Below, one piece after another: positions 37,184-49,849 of a DNA stretch of 64,000 bases; the stretch's first letter is position 1; the number at the start of each line of letters is the position of its first letter. This DNA comes from Takakia lepidozioides (lineage: Eukaryota; Plantae; Bryophyta): assembly GCA_030704615.1 (NCBI GenBank), contig CM060733.1, forward strand, positions 25,978,001 to 26,042,000, read 5' to 3'. Made by a program: the position numbers and the translations under genes. The notes below the pieces were generated by a model. The model was not told where the DNA came from and did no database searches. It saw nothing but the letters and a program-made list of their open reading frames with translations.

Positions 37184-40100
37184 CTGTACACACTGAAATC
37201 ATCTAAGAACACCTGCATGAAATCATCCAGATACTCATGGAAAGATTCACTTATCACTCTCTGAAAAGTTGCTGGTGCATTACAAAGTCCAAAATGCATG
37301 ACTTTGTATGCATAAGCACCCCAGTCTGTGATGAAAGTTGTCTTTCCCTGGTCTTCCTCTGCCACTTGCACTTGGTTATACCCACTGAAGCCATCCATGA
37401 ATGAGTACATCTCCATGCCTGCCACAGTGTCCAGTACCGCTTCTGTGAATGGCAAAGGGAAAGGATCTTTCTTTGTACAAGCATTCAACTTCTTGTAGTT
37501 CACACAAACTCTCAGTTTACCATTCTTCTTGGGAACTATCACAATGGGTGACAACCAAGTTGTATACTCTACTATATATAAACTTAGCCTTAGCCAACTT
37601 CTTGATCTCTTCCCCAACCTTCTGTGCATAGTTGGGATTCATTCTGTACCTTGCCTATTTGATTGGTACTGACCCTGATTCTAGTTCAATCTTATGCTGA
37701 CAGATCTCAGGTGGTATCCCTTTCAGATCCTCATAGCTCCAAGCAAATACATCTTTGTATTTGATGAACAGACTCTTAGCTTCCTCAAAGAACTCTGGCT
37801 CCAAGTCAGCCCCTACTTTCACCATTCTTGGTTCCTCCTCAGTTCCCACATTCACTTCTCTTACCTGCTCATCAGCTGTGATTGTCCAACCAGTCTCTAC
37901 TTCATCCTGTAAACTCACAGTAGCTGGTTCTTCTAGGATTTCCATTTCTCCCTCTCTTTCTTCATAGAAATGTGGTGGGTAACTGCTTGTTTCACCCTCA
38001 ATTGGTGTTGCTGTCACTACACCACAACAGATACCTTTTAAACAACTTAGGCCCTCCAGTTGCATTTCTGCAACCTGCTCCCACTCCGGGTGTGCAACGA
38101 ACAGGGTACCTTCTTGCTCCTTATCAAGTCCTCTCCTCCAGTCATACTCTCTGACTCCCCGAGGTCTTCTCGTAGCAGGTAGTCTACTAGATTTCTTTGT
38201 GGTGATTTGTATCTTGTGCTTCCCATCATACACAGTTAGTAACTGGGAATTCCAGTCATGGAATACCCTGGCCTGTTTCAGCCATGGTTGACCCAGCAAT
38301 AATGAGTAAGCTTCCATGACATCATCCATTTTCAACACAGTCATTGTGATCTTAAAGATCATCTTTTGAATTTGTATCTTAACTCTTCTTATCAAACCCA
38401 ATGGCTGAACACTTCTTTGATCTGCCATTGCTACTGTGAATGGGGTTGGTTTCATGTTACTTAAACCAAGCCTCTGCCTTAATTGGTCAGTTATGATATT
38501 CACTCCAGAGCCTCCATCTATCAGTACATCAGTCAAGTCTGTACTTCTAATTCTCAATTGGATTACTGGCATAGAATCATCAAAGTCCATGACTGTTTCG
38601 TGCCCTTCCGGCTTCACAGTATAGCTTGTCACCTTGCTGTTCAGTCTTGTGTTCCCTGTCACATGAGCAATATGATTAATTGCTTGATACAGCCTGTGCC
38701 TACAATGAGGTGCCACAGCCAATAGTTGTCCAATGGTAATCTCCGCTTTGGACTGGCATATTACTTCGCCAAAAGTCCCTTCATTACTCTGCATTTCTGC
38801 AGCTTCTTTCTTCCCTTCATCCTCACTCACTTCCTCTTCTCTTTCAGAATCAGAGGAATCTGCCATAGGAATATCAGTACTCTTCTGCATTTCCCTTATG
38901 GTATCTGTCACTTTCTTGTGCAGTTCCTTCTCATCTCTCCAAGCCTCATCATCTTCAGGCACATCACTGCCATCTTCATTATCATCACCTTCCTCATCTA
39001 CTGGAGGTATTAATTTAGCTTTGTTTTTGGTTACTATCATTGTACTTACTTCTGCTACAACACATGGCCTAACCATGTGAGCTGCCACCACTGGGCCTTC
39101 ATTCACAGGAGCTCTCATCTCATTCTGGTATCTGATCCAGAATGGACAGGCTACCTTACGATGTCCTGCCTGATTACAATAGTAACACAGTTCTTCACCA
39201 TTGGGTCCTCGCCCTTGGTCTGCTCTGGGATTATTTCTGTAATCCTGATTCCCTAGCTGGTAATTCCCCCTTGGATTACTCTGATAGTTGCCTCTGGAAT
39301 TTCCTTGGTAATTCCCTCTTGGATTACCTCTCCCTTCCATACCATTGTTATAACCACCAGGCCTTCCATAGTGGTATTGATCACTGTTTCTTCTTGGCTG
39401 GGGCTGCACTTGATGCACCCTTACTTGCCTAGGTTCTCTCGCAGCTGTCCTTCTGTTGTAATAACAATTCTCAGTAGAATGGTTATCCATTTTACAGATA
39501 GTACAGTGTTTCTCCTTCATGTGGCATTCAGTGGTGGTATGGCCTTCATTCTGGCATTTTGCACAGTAAACACCCTTCCTCCAATGTGTTGCAGCCTCTG
39601 TAGCATACTTCTTCAAGATTTCTTCTAATCTTTTCTCATAGTTATCCCTCTTCAACTTTTCCTTCCTCTTACTCTTCCTCTTGAGCTCTTGCTTTTCTTC
39701 CTCATCTGACTCATCCTCAGAGTCATCATAATCTCTTTTCTCTCTCCTGAGCATTCCCAATTGCTCAATTCTGTTAGTTGTTTCAAATGCCTCCTCCACT
39801 GTATTATGGGGTAGCATATCCACTTTCTTTTGCAACTCTGGTCTTAGTCCACTCACAAACCAGGTCTTTTGTAACCCTGGTGCTGGTACAGCAGCCAATT
39901 TTTTCATCATCAATTCCATCTTTTCCATGTACTCCTCAACAGTTTCATGCTTCTTTTGCTTTAACTGTTGTAAACTTCCATACATTTCATCGTCAGTTTT
40001 ACTTGTCCTGAACCTATTTCGGAATGCTGTATTTAAGCCATTCCAGGTTATGAAATGATTATCAGGGAATCTTGCATACCATTCACTTGCTTTCTTTATA

Positions 40101-41086
40101 AGTGAACAAGGAAACAGTCTCATCTTGGCATCATCGTCATTCTCATTGTTCACAATACACATGTGCTCAAATTGGCTAATGTGTACATCAGGATCCCCTT
40201 TCCCTGAATATATTGGAAAATGTGGTTTTGCCCGTGTTGGTTGTAACGCCATCTGTGGCCCTATCCCCTGCCCACTGACAGGTGCTGGCCCCCTTGCTGG
40301 TGCTGGTCCTTGAGGACCTGTTGTAGTTGTGGTGGAACTTCCACCAAGTGCTGGCCCCTGAGCACTCTCTGCTACTGGCCCCACTATATTCATAGTATTC
40401 CCAGCTCCAGTTGCACTGCTTCCCATACTCCCTGTCCCCCCAGAGCCAGATCCAGGCTGCCGGACAGATCCCCCTGAGCCGACACCTTCGTTGGCCTGTG
40501 ATCCAAGTGCTCCACTTGATCCAGGTCCAACGAGTTGGGATGTCCTGGTTGTAGTCTCAACCTCAGCTGTTGGGTCTACTTCTTCATACTCTTCATCTTC
40601 CAATTTCTTCTCTCTGTTTTCATTTTCCAAGTTCTGCCCTTGGGTTTCTTCTTCTTCACTCATGTAACTCAATTGCAATGGTGTTGGAGAGTCTGAACTC
40701 TCCGTTGGCTCTGCCACATCCTCTCCTCCTTCTTCGTCTTCCGTTTCAGAAACTGGAGTTCCTGCTTTTGGTGTTCCATGCCAACTCTTATCAAAGATTT
40801 CTGTCAAATCTTTTATCCAGGGATGTACCTCAGATCTTTCACCTCGTGGTTGATCTTCTTCTTGTACCAATTCCCTTAATCTTTCTTGCAAAGAATAAAA
40901 AGGAGTGGCATCCAACTCTAGTTCTTCCGGTATGGGTGATGTACTCTCTGGTCTTAATGGTGTGAGAGGTCCAGATGATTCCCCTATGTCTATTCCTCTC
41001 TCCCAAAGATATGGATAATTAGCTTTTAGATAACTTTCTCTTTTTGCTGAATATCTCTGGAGTCTAGCTTCTCTTTCATCACTCAT
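37184..41086 (-). pseudogene. Gypsy gag-protease-RT (N-terminal part), premature TAG at 37655-37657, broken just after the RT LDD motif
   Basis: 1143-aa ORF with gag (YSGKGDPDVHI, QKKHETVEEY), three CCHC knuckles and protease LIDGGSGVN; then RT WLSPIVIVPKKNGKLRVC, MDGFSGYNQV, FGLCNAPATFQR, FLDDFSVYS. Confidence 0.95.
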
Positions 41087-41674
41087 GTCCCATGTCTTTC
41101 ATTTCTTTAATGAGGCAATAACCAAAACTCTCTTCTGTAGTATCTCTCGTATATGCCTGGGTTTCTTTCAAGCTTCAATTCAATCCCTGGCTATACTAGA
41201 AGTCTCTGTTACCATATAACCATATGGCAAACAAGTCCGAAAAGCTGTTCTTGGTGTGAGTTTGATCCACAGAATATCTTTAGGAATCCAATTCTTTACC
41301 AGTATAAGCTCTTCATGCATATGAGTGTAAACATTCACTTTCATTTCCTCCCAGCCTTCAAACTCTACTCGCTTAATGGATAGCAATGCTATCACATAAA
41401 CCAGTGTTGGTAACCAATGTGCTCTTCCTCTACAGGCCACCTAATAAATCTTTATCACTCCTTTCTCCAGACCCCACTAAGGGTCAGCATCATGCACTCT
41501 CTTAAGAATGCTTTCTTTACAACCGTCTGGCAATTCCAAGAACCTCGGAAAGAATTGTTGGACAATCTTTCCTTCTCAGTTCCACATGGAATTTGATTCA
41601 CATCAAATTCTTTAATTCTCCAACCACCATGATCCCACCAGATGCCTGTCACATCTGGTTGTTCATGACTTAGT

Positions 41675-41692
41675 TCCCCAGTATGGTCGCCA
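41675..41692 (-). promoter_or_regulatory. Primer-binding site (tRNA-Arg-like)
   Basis: TGGCGACCATACTGGGGA, 2 nt after the LTR-ending CA; resembles the complement of plant tRNA-Arg 3' ends. Confidence 0.75.
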
Positions 41693-41694
41693 AA

Positions 41695-42567
41695 TGTCGA
41701 GCGGCTTTTACTCACCCATCCCTTTGCTATCCGAGGTGGAAACTCCAAGATAGAAGAGTTGGATATCTCTAAGCACTCAGCCCGCTCAGAACAATCAGTC
41801 ATGACCTACAGCTAGTGAATCATGGTTGTGCTTCCTATTTGTATTCCTTCTTGCCTTCATGTTATCAATTTACCTTACTGTGTATATTGAAGCATCAGAT
41901 TGCTTCAGTATCTACCAAGTTCCAATTAATCATGCATTCATTCCACAGCTTCTCTCATGTCTCTCTACACAGTATGTTTGTACCGAATAAATATCAGATT
42001 AAGATTAATCAAGTATCAGGCCTATGCCATAGTGTCCCTAATCTACCCTACTGTATGATTCTACAGCTTGCATGAATTAAGCCTCAATCAAGTCATCATC
42101 TCCTCTTCACTGTTCCGCTCTCCGTTTCGTCACCTCCTCCCCTGACCAAGTTGCGCTCCTCCAGAAGTGATCCCCTTCCTGTTGTCGCCCTGCCTAATCT
42201 ACCCGCAAGCTGTTCTAACCACCTAACTAACTAACCGTCACCCTTGAAGTAACACGTTCCCTCTGCAGATGTCGTTCCCACACAGTCATTCCCTGTCAAG
42301 GATAACCGTTCCCCATGTACGCTGTGACAGGCTGTGCCGAGCTATGAATGGCTGTATAAAGCTGTGTCGGGCTGTGACTAGTTGTGCGAAGCTGTGTCGG
42401 GCTGTGTTAGACTGTGACGGGCTGTGACTGGCTGTGCGAAGCTGTGTCGGGCTGTGTCGGGTTGTGACTGGTTGTGCAAAGCTGTGTTTGGCTGTGTCGG
42501 ACTGTGTCTGGCTATGATAGACTGTGACGGGCTGTGACTGGTTGTGCGAAGCTGTGTCGGGCTGTCA
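41695..42567 (-). repeat. LTR (873 bp) with a 10-bp minisatellite at 42325-42566
   Basis: TGACA...CGACA termini on the minus strand, PBS downstream, and a PPT-like AGGGGGGG(T) directly upstream (42569-42576). Confidence 0.8.
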
Positions 42568-44262
42568 ACCCCCCCTAAAGCCTGCGCCCGCCACCCCTAA
42601 GGCTCCTATTGGTCTCAGTCTACCATCCGTAAGTCTGCGCAAAAATTAAGGGTACCCCATAGAACCCGTTAAAGCGTCTAAGTCCCAAGCAGCCCTCTAA
42701 CATGTATTGATGTACACATGGCATCGACTTGGGCTTGATCTCAACACTGCTGCTCTGGTCTTCTAGCTGAAGTGAAGGCTCAGAAGTCTATTATGTCCAT
42801 GAGGAGAGCAAGAATTGAAGTGAAATGATACTTTATGATGTCCGCGGGAAGCTCAAAGAGCTTATGTGACAAAGGAAGCATGAAACAAGAAAGAGATGGT
42901 GCCCACCACAAGCAGCCCGAAGACAACTACTGCTTAAGAGTCAAAGAGTCAAAGCCTCATGCAGATATGCTAAGCATTTCTGATCCTCTTAATGGAACAC
43001 CTCCTTGAGAGAAAGAAACTTTATTACATCGACAAGGGGGCTGAGGGCCCATTACTAAGAGAGAAAGAGGACTTATCAGTGCCGAGAAAGAGAAATGAAA
43101 TTAAATGAAATGGTGCTTTATAACGTCCGCGGAAAGCTCATAGAGCTTATGAGAGAGGTACATATCTGAACCCAAAAATTTGTCCTCGTCATATGATGAA
43201 ATGGCAGGAAACAAGACCAGATGTGGAAGGGGTTGGAAAACATGCAAAGAGCCCTACAGACAAACTTGGGGACTGGTCCAGAGGTTGGCCTGGCGGTGAG
43301 ACTGCTCTCATTGGCTGGGTGAGTTTAGTGAAAACGTTGGACTCCGTTTCCAAGCAGGAGGCAACTTGTCGAAGTCTTAGGGAACTGTGATTAGCAGATT
43401 GGCGAGGCCTTTCTTATTGTTGTACATGTTGTATCAGTACACTGACGCAAAGCCAATGTGCAATCATCATGACAAAGCTTAGAAACTAAAAAGAAGAGGG
43501 AAGCATCTAACAATTTGAAAGTAATTGGCTGTCTATACTTGCATTGAGTCTGTGTTGCAGGTTCTCCCCCTCTCCTTCTTTCTCCCTCACTAACTAAGAG
43601 ACATGCATTCAAAATCTCAAAATATGAAAGGAGGATTAAGGAACATTGAAGCTGCTTCAATACAAGTGCATCATGCCAAACCTTCATTTCGCCGCCTGGG
43701 ATCCCTAGGGGATCTTGTGGGAATCAAAGTCGCAGAGAAGCGGCGGACGCCAGGGAGATGAATTGAGATAGGCTTAGCTTGAAGGCTAGGGTTCAGTCCA
43801 TGGAAACTACGGTCAGGGTCCCTACTAAAAATTTCTCCCTTAGACCTTTGTAAGGACGATCTGCACCTGTACATTATTTGATCCTATGAGGCAGCCCACC
43901 ATCGTGAAGAAATTTGGGGCCAAGTCTGATGAGAGGTCAAAACAGGCTGAAATAGGTCGAAGAAGAAGGTGCCCTCACCACATTGTCCTCGACCTTGTGT
44001 CATGATCCATGGAGGATTTGACTGACCTTGAACCCAAGAGGACCTCTTGTGTCTGCAGCTTGTGTCTGTAGTCAGGTAATGTCGGATTGCTCTGTGAGAA
44101 CCACCACAGTGTAGCTGAGTGGGCGTCGATTGAAACACGGACTGCTAAGACCAAACTGACTCTCCCAAGAACCTTGTAAACATCAGGAAGAATACCAAAT
44201 CATGGTACTAACAGGAGCCAAGAGCCCACATTTGCGGTTGCGGTGCAGGTTGCGTTTTGCCC

Positions 44263-44778
44263 TGTCGTGCGCATTAAATGCTACACAACTACATCGTTGT
44301 CCAAACCACACCACACATATATGCACAATAAAGTAGTCTGCCACAATGATAAGAAACCCAAAGAACACACTGTTGACACAAAACATGAAAACCAAAACCA
44401 TCACTCTTTGAAATAGTAGTCGAGCCAGGGGCACCCCAAGCTATGGGGACTCCACCCCACAATAACCTACACTCCCATCATGAGTACACTAAGATCTAAA
44501 CGCATGCAGGAGCTCGGTCGCGCAGGCTCAACTCGAAGATGAGCCGCGCGACTGCCGCTCTCGTGAAGATAAGACGGACCAGGTGTCAAACTAAACTTGA
44601 CACCTGATTTAACACTTGACCTAAATCCAAGTGTTAAATACAAATAACTAGTTTTATTCTAGCTGTTTCACACTGTGCTTATTTAACTTGACAGCTGTCG
44701 TGCGCATACATATCGCTACACACCATCGCTGTCCAAACCACACCACACATATATGCACAATAAAGTAGTCTGCCACAA
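44263..44778 (-). repeat. 3' terminal repeat block B2 (44263-44346), A2 (44347-44693), GC, B1 (44696-44778)
   Basis: The B copies share tgtcgtgcgcat...tgtccaaaccacaccacacatatatgcacaataaagtagtctgccacaa. The palindrome GACAGCTGTC lies at 44690-44699. Confidence 0.92.
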
Positions 44779-44788
44779 TCGCCCCCCT
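44779..44788 (-). promoter_or_regulatory. Polypurine tract before repeat B1
   Basis: AGGGGGGCGA on the minus strand, immediately 5' of TTGTGGCAG (start of B1). Confidence 0.7.
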
Positions 44789-45037
44789 AGCTGGTGGATA
44801 GGTCCCTCTACCTCCAGATAGCTACAAGATGTAATAGCCACAGCCGTACTAAGTCCTCTATCACTGTCCCTATTGTACTCAAACTCTATAGACCAAGAGG
44901 CCGGGTACAAGAGTAGCCCCATCGTTAGTCGCCGTCTTGCAATCTGTGAACTTGAGCCAGGATCTCGTGTGTTCAAGGTCTCCTAGTAGCTGGGCCTTGC
45001 GTTTCTTGTTAGCCTTCCATGGTTGTATCCACTCCCA

Positions 45038-46320
45038 CTATCCAATGCAATGTGGACATAACCAATCCCCATCTGGAACCATCTCAAGAGGTGGAGTCAA
45101 GCATCCCATATGCCAACCTCTAGAGCATCGATCACACACCAGCATGGTGGCTGCCCCTTTAGCAGACCCACACAACATGCACCTCAAACCTGCAGATACC
45201 ACTGCCAGGTTTGGGTCAATCCTGCCATCGACATTCGGAAGGTGACATGGCGCACAATTACGCACATGGTCCTTCCAAGTTATGCCATCCCGACCCTCCA
45301 AGACCAAGACGCCTGAGGGCAAGACCTCTCGAACCCTCAAAATAACACGTCCTGCAGTCACATCCAGGGTCGTAGGAGCAGTCTGCTGCAGATAGACATA
45401 GTCACCAGGGTTGAATCTCCGAACCCCAGGACGATAGCCCCCACCACGTATGGTAGCATACCTCAACGTATCACGGTGTTGTGCAATGGCAAGGTTCTCG
45501 AAAGCCATGGGCATGACTCTCTTGAACAACTCTGCACGCTGCTCACATGCACGTGCCCACACGTCCGGATCGTCAAGGTTAAGAACTGTAGCAGCTTCTC
45601 TGCGAATGGATGTAGGCAAATCCGGCTCTCGGCCAAAGAGAAGAAAGTATGGTGAGAAGGAGGCAAGTGATGCTTGCTTGCTGAACCTGTAGCCCATGGC
45701 TAACCAGGGTAACTGAAGGTCCCAATCTCCTAGGTGTCCCTTCTGCAAGCCATACTTGCGCAAACCCCTCTTTACTGTCTGAACAACTCTCTCTGCCAAG
45801 CCATCGGCTTCAGGATGATCCCGAGAAGTGGTGCGGTGGTCTATCAAGGCCTTGTCACACAAAGCCTGAAACTCCCCCAAGAACTCTCTCCCTTGGTCCG
45901 TGAGTACCTCAGCTGGAGCACCGAATCGGCTAAGCACACAATCCAGGAATGCATACGCAGCTCCCTCACTAGCCTTATCAGGCAATGGAACCAATTCAAT
46001 CCACTTGGAGAAGTGCTCCACCATCACCAACACGTACTTGTTGTGCGCATGGTCAGTGGCAACGGCCCTGCGAAGTCAAGACTCCACCTGTAGCCCAATC
46101 CCATGATCGGAAGAGGGTGCAATTGTGGAGTAGGGGCGTTGAATGAAGCACGCACCCTGTCACACACCATGCACCTAGCCACAAATTGTTGCACCTCTGT
46201 GTGCATACCACGCCACCAATACTGCCCCTGCAGTAGACTATGAGTGCGTCGCACCCCAAATGCCCCAACTCCTCATGGGCATGCCGCACTAACCGTGCCC
46301 GCTGTGTTTGGGTGAGGCAC
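45038..46320 (-). pseudogene. DDE integrase with C-terminal PHD finger (frameshifted N-terminal part)
   Basis: HEELGH..CMVCDR, WSLDFAGPLP, EHFSKW, VLTDQGREF, HPEADGLAER; C4HC3 PHD CMLC..LVCDRCSRGWHMGCLTPPL..VPDGDWLCPHC. Confidence 0.92.
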
Positions 46321-46689
46321 AATCCTCACTCGACCATCCTCCCACACTCGGAGCAGGTGTGTCCCCTCCCACTTGAACCTCTTGGCTCGTTGTAGGATCC
46401 GATCCCTCTCCTTGGCAGTCACAGTGGCTGCCGTGTCTCCAGTGCGGAGGTAGTCCAACACAACTGAATCCTCATGTATATCTTTGGCGCCACCTTGCTC
46501 ATTGCTGGCCTCAGGGTCCTCAGACACTTGATCTACAGTCATCCCTGTTGCAGGTCCAACCTGGCCTTCCGCTGCCAAGATACACAAAATGCAGATGCAT
46601 GCCATCCGGGCACCATCTCCTCGTCCGTCTCACCATGCCACCGAGAGCTCCAGTGTCATCCTGCTGGCTCGTGCATGGATTGCGACTCA

Positions 46690-48003
46690 ACCCATCTGCA
46701 TTGCGATTGACCAAACCCGGTCGATGCACCACCTGAAAGTCATACTCTTGAAGGATGAGTGCCCACCGTGCAAGCTTCCCCGTAAGCTTGTCTGACTCCA
46801 TCAACCACTTGAGTGGTTGGTGATCCGTGACAAGGGTGAAGAGATTGCCGTATAGATAGCACCTGAAGTGTGCCACGGCCCACACTGCAGCTAAGCATTC
46901 TCCCTCATATGAGCTATACTTAGACTCTGCAGCATTGTTCGAGCGGCTAGCATAAGCCACTACGAACTCTCTTCCCTCATCATCCACCTGTGTGAGCACC
47001 GCTCCAAGCCCCAGCATGCTCCAATCTGTATGCTGAAAAGGACGCCCCCTGATAGGTCGTCTCAAGATGGGCGCCGAGGTCAACCTCGCCTTGAGCTCTT
47101 GAAAAGCTTGTTCTTGCTCATCTTCCCACTGCCACTCCTGGTCCACCTTGGTCAGCTTGGTTAGAGCCTTTGCAATGGCACTAAATCCCTTAACAAACCG
47201 TCTGTAATAGTTTGCTAACCCCATGAAAGCTCGAACTCGGCTCACATCGTGGGGCGTGGAACCTGTGCAATGGACTCTACCTTAGTCTGCTGTACCCCCC
47301 TCCAGGATATATCATGTGACCCAGATACTCAATCTGGTTGTGGAAAAACTTGCACTTGCCCGGATGTAACTTCAATCCGTGCGTCCTCAAGCGCTCAAAT
47401 ACCCCCTGAAGGTGTCTCTCATGCTCCTCCACCGTAGCACTAAAGAGATGATGTCATCTATGTAGCACCGAGCAAACTCCACCCCTGCTAGAATCCTGTC
47501 CATGACTCTTTGAAACTCAGCGGGAGCGTTTTTAAGCCCAAATGGTAAGAACCGCCACTGGTATAGGCAATCCTTCCCGTGCTCATTGATCCCCCAGAAT
47601 GCCGTCTTTTGCTTATCCGCCTCCTTGATCGGCAACTGGTGATATCCGGATCGTAAATCCAACGTGCTAAAGACCTTGGAATGCCCAATGGCATCAAAGA
47701 TCTCCTCTGGTGTTGGCATGGCATACCTATCGGACTTGGTCTGACGATTTACAGGCCGGTAATCACCGCACATACGTCTCTCCGTCCAATTGCCATAGAC
47801 ATCCTTCTTGCTGGCATCACTGTGGCTGAAGCATACTCTCCACCAGAGAGCTCCACCAAACCTGCCTCCCAGAGATCTTGAGTCCTCATCTGAATCAAAG
47901 ACCTCTCCATGTCACTGTATCTATAGGGTCTCCGAAAGATTGGCGTGTCAGTGGCCAACTCAATACGGATCTCTTGACCCTTCAGTGCTCCCAAGTCCTT
48001 CAA
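46690..48003 (-). pseudogene. Reverse transcriptase and RNase H (frameshifted)
   Basis: CGDYRPVN, LDLRSGYHQ, PFGLKNAP, YIDD; TDWSMLGLGAVL, YASRSNNAAESKYSSYEGECLA, TDHQPL, NADGLSR. Confidence 0.93.
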
Positions 48004-48469
48004 ACTGAAGGCAAAGCAATTCCTGTAAGCCCTCAGGAACCGCCGTATACGTCGTCTCTCTCCTCCGGTGACAATGGGTCCAATGTCAGGCTCCCAATTG
48101 TCCTCCGTAACTGCAACCTTAAGTCCAGTGGGCTTAGAGGTAGAGGACGCGTCCCGTGGTTGCTATGCTGCAACCTCTTGAGCAGTACTTCCCTTCCTGC
48201 TCAGTCAATGACAAGGCCTCATCCTGCCCCATCATCTCATCATTGAGAACCTCCTCATCCCGAGAAGAATCCCCAACCTCATCCATCACAGCTGCTTGGC
48301 TGCCAACTCCCTCTGAACCTCGAGCACCTCCCACGTGTGCCATGGATGTCTACACCCCGTGGTCCTCACCGGCTCGCCCCCACTCGCTGCCTGTACCGTC
48401 TCGGTAGGCAGAGAGACCGTCAAGGAAGTGCACTCCGCACTCTACGTTGCTCAGCCATAGCCAAGCTGA

Positions 48470-49403
48470 TAATCCAGGTCAAGCAATTGAGATCCATTGC
48501 TTGCCCCAACACCTGACGACGTGATGCCTCAGAAAGAGAAGGCACCCGTGGTCCAGTGGAAAACCCATAGCCCGCTCTCGCTCGTCGGCATTAGGCTCCA
48601 CTAACTGCTGCAACTGAGCATCCCACAGGAGGCCAGGTCCACCATCCCGAAAAGCATGGGATCCTGGGAAGCTGAGCAGTGTAGGTAATGCTGCTCGTGG
48701 TTGACCCACCCTGTTGACCACTGCCAAAGGCGAACGGTCATCGTGTCTCACACGTTGAGACTGCCTCCCTGTGTCCAAAATGCCATCCACGGTGAGGTGT
48801 GCTGGCCGCTGCACCCCATCAAATGCACGCTTGAGCAGTGCGGGTGGCATCAAGTTAGTCCACCATAGCCGTGGACGATGAGCCCGTGACCCCACTGCAG
48901 CTGCATCCAGCAACACTGCTGACCCAAGCCACGACCGGACTTGATGCACACTGGCCATCACCCTGGCCCGAGAATCACCCATCAGTGGCACATTCTCCAA
49001 GATGTATGCTGGAGATACAGCTTGATGAAGCTGCAAGTGGCGCAAAATCCGCACCATCTCCCAAAACAGACCCGTCCTCGAGTCTCGCAATCCATTGCCA
49101 TGCCCGGCTGATGAATGCCCTTGGCAGGGCCAACCTGCCACTACCAGATCAATGGAGCCAACCTGCTCCAAATCTTGCGCCCCCAACAACGAAATGTCTG
49201 CTGGCAAGGCTTGTTGGTATCCACGAACTGCAGACACTGGCAACAACAGGGTACTGCTGTACCAACTGAGCAACATGGCGCAGTGAGACGCGTCGTGCAG
49301 TCTCATCCCTCTCCACATACAGGTAACGCCTTACCCGCACACCTGCCTGTAGCACAGCAGCCAATCCGTGCTGATCCCGCCAAACAAGTCCAGAAGGCAA
49401 ATG
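48470..49403 (-). pseudogene. C5 cytosine DNA methyltransferase domain (DNMT3-like) inside the retrotransposon polyprotein
   Basis: Motif I LLDLFGGI; II YLYVE; III ADI; IV VAGWPCQG (catalytic PC); VI ILENV; VIII RAHRPRLWWTN; IX ERERAMGFP; X RRQVLGQAMD. Only small frameshifts. Confidence 0.93.
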
Positions 49404-49849
49404 CCTTCATCCGGCCTGCCACACAAGAGGTGTGGTGTCCAATGGCGACAACTGAGGTGGCCTGGTGCAATCACCGCACTCTCCTCCTCTCCTGACGGTA
49501 CAAAAGCCTCTACCCAGGCTTGTTGCACCCGTCGATCAGCAGCTGCAAATCCTTGCTCGTACCCCACGGAGTGTGAGCAACCATGGCAGGCAACTCCGCC
49601 GTACCATGCATGTCATCCTGCTCTGCTGGAGGTGGCACATCCTCTGCATGGGCATTGCCTTCCAGCAACTCTCCAGGCCAACTAACTGCAGCTGTAAAGG
49701 CGGCTAGTGTTGGCATCTTGCCCCGCTGGGCAGCCGCAATACCCCCAATGAATGTCACAGGGAGCTGTGCACGGCGACCATCCCCTGACTGCCATCCAGG
49801 CCTGTAGGATGCTGACTCCTCCCAAAATCCAGGGTGAAGCCCATGGGGT

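Larger units (their letters stand above)
21922..42567 (-). mobile_element. Non-chromovirus (Athila/Tat/Phygy-like) Ty3/Gypsy retrotransposon with an extra 3' ORF; segment 23207-37183 inverted; 3' end truncated
   Basis: LTR 41695-42567, tRNA-type PBS, gag-PR-RT on the minus strand, rest of RT-RH-IN on the plus strand, extra ORF in three pieces. Confidence 0.88.
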
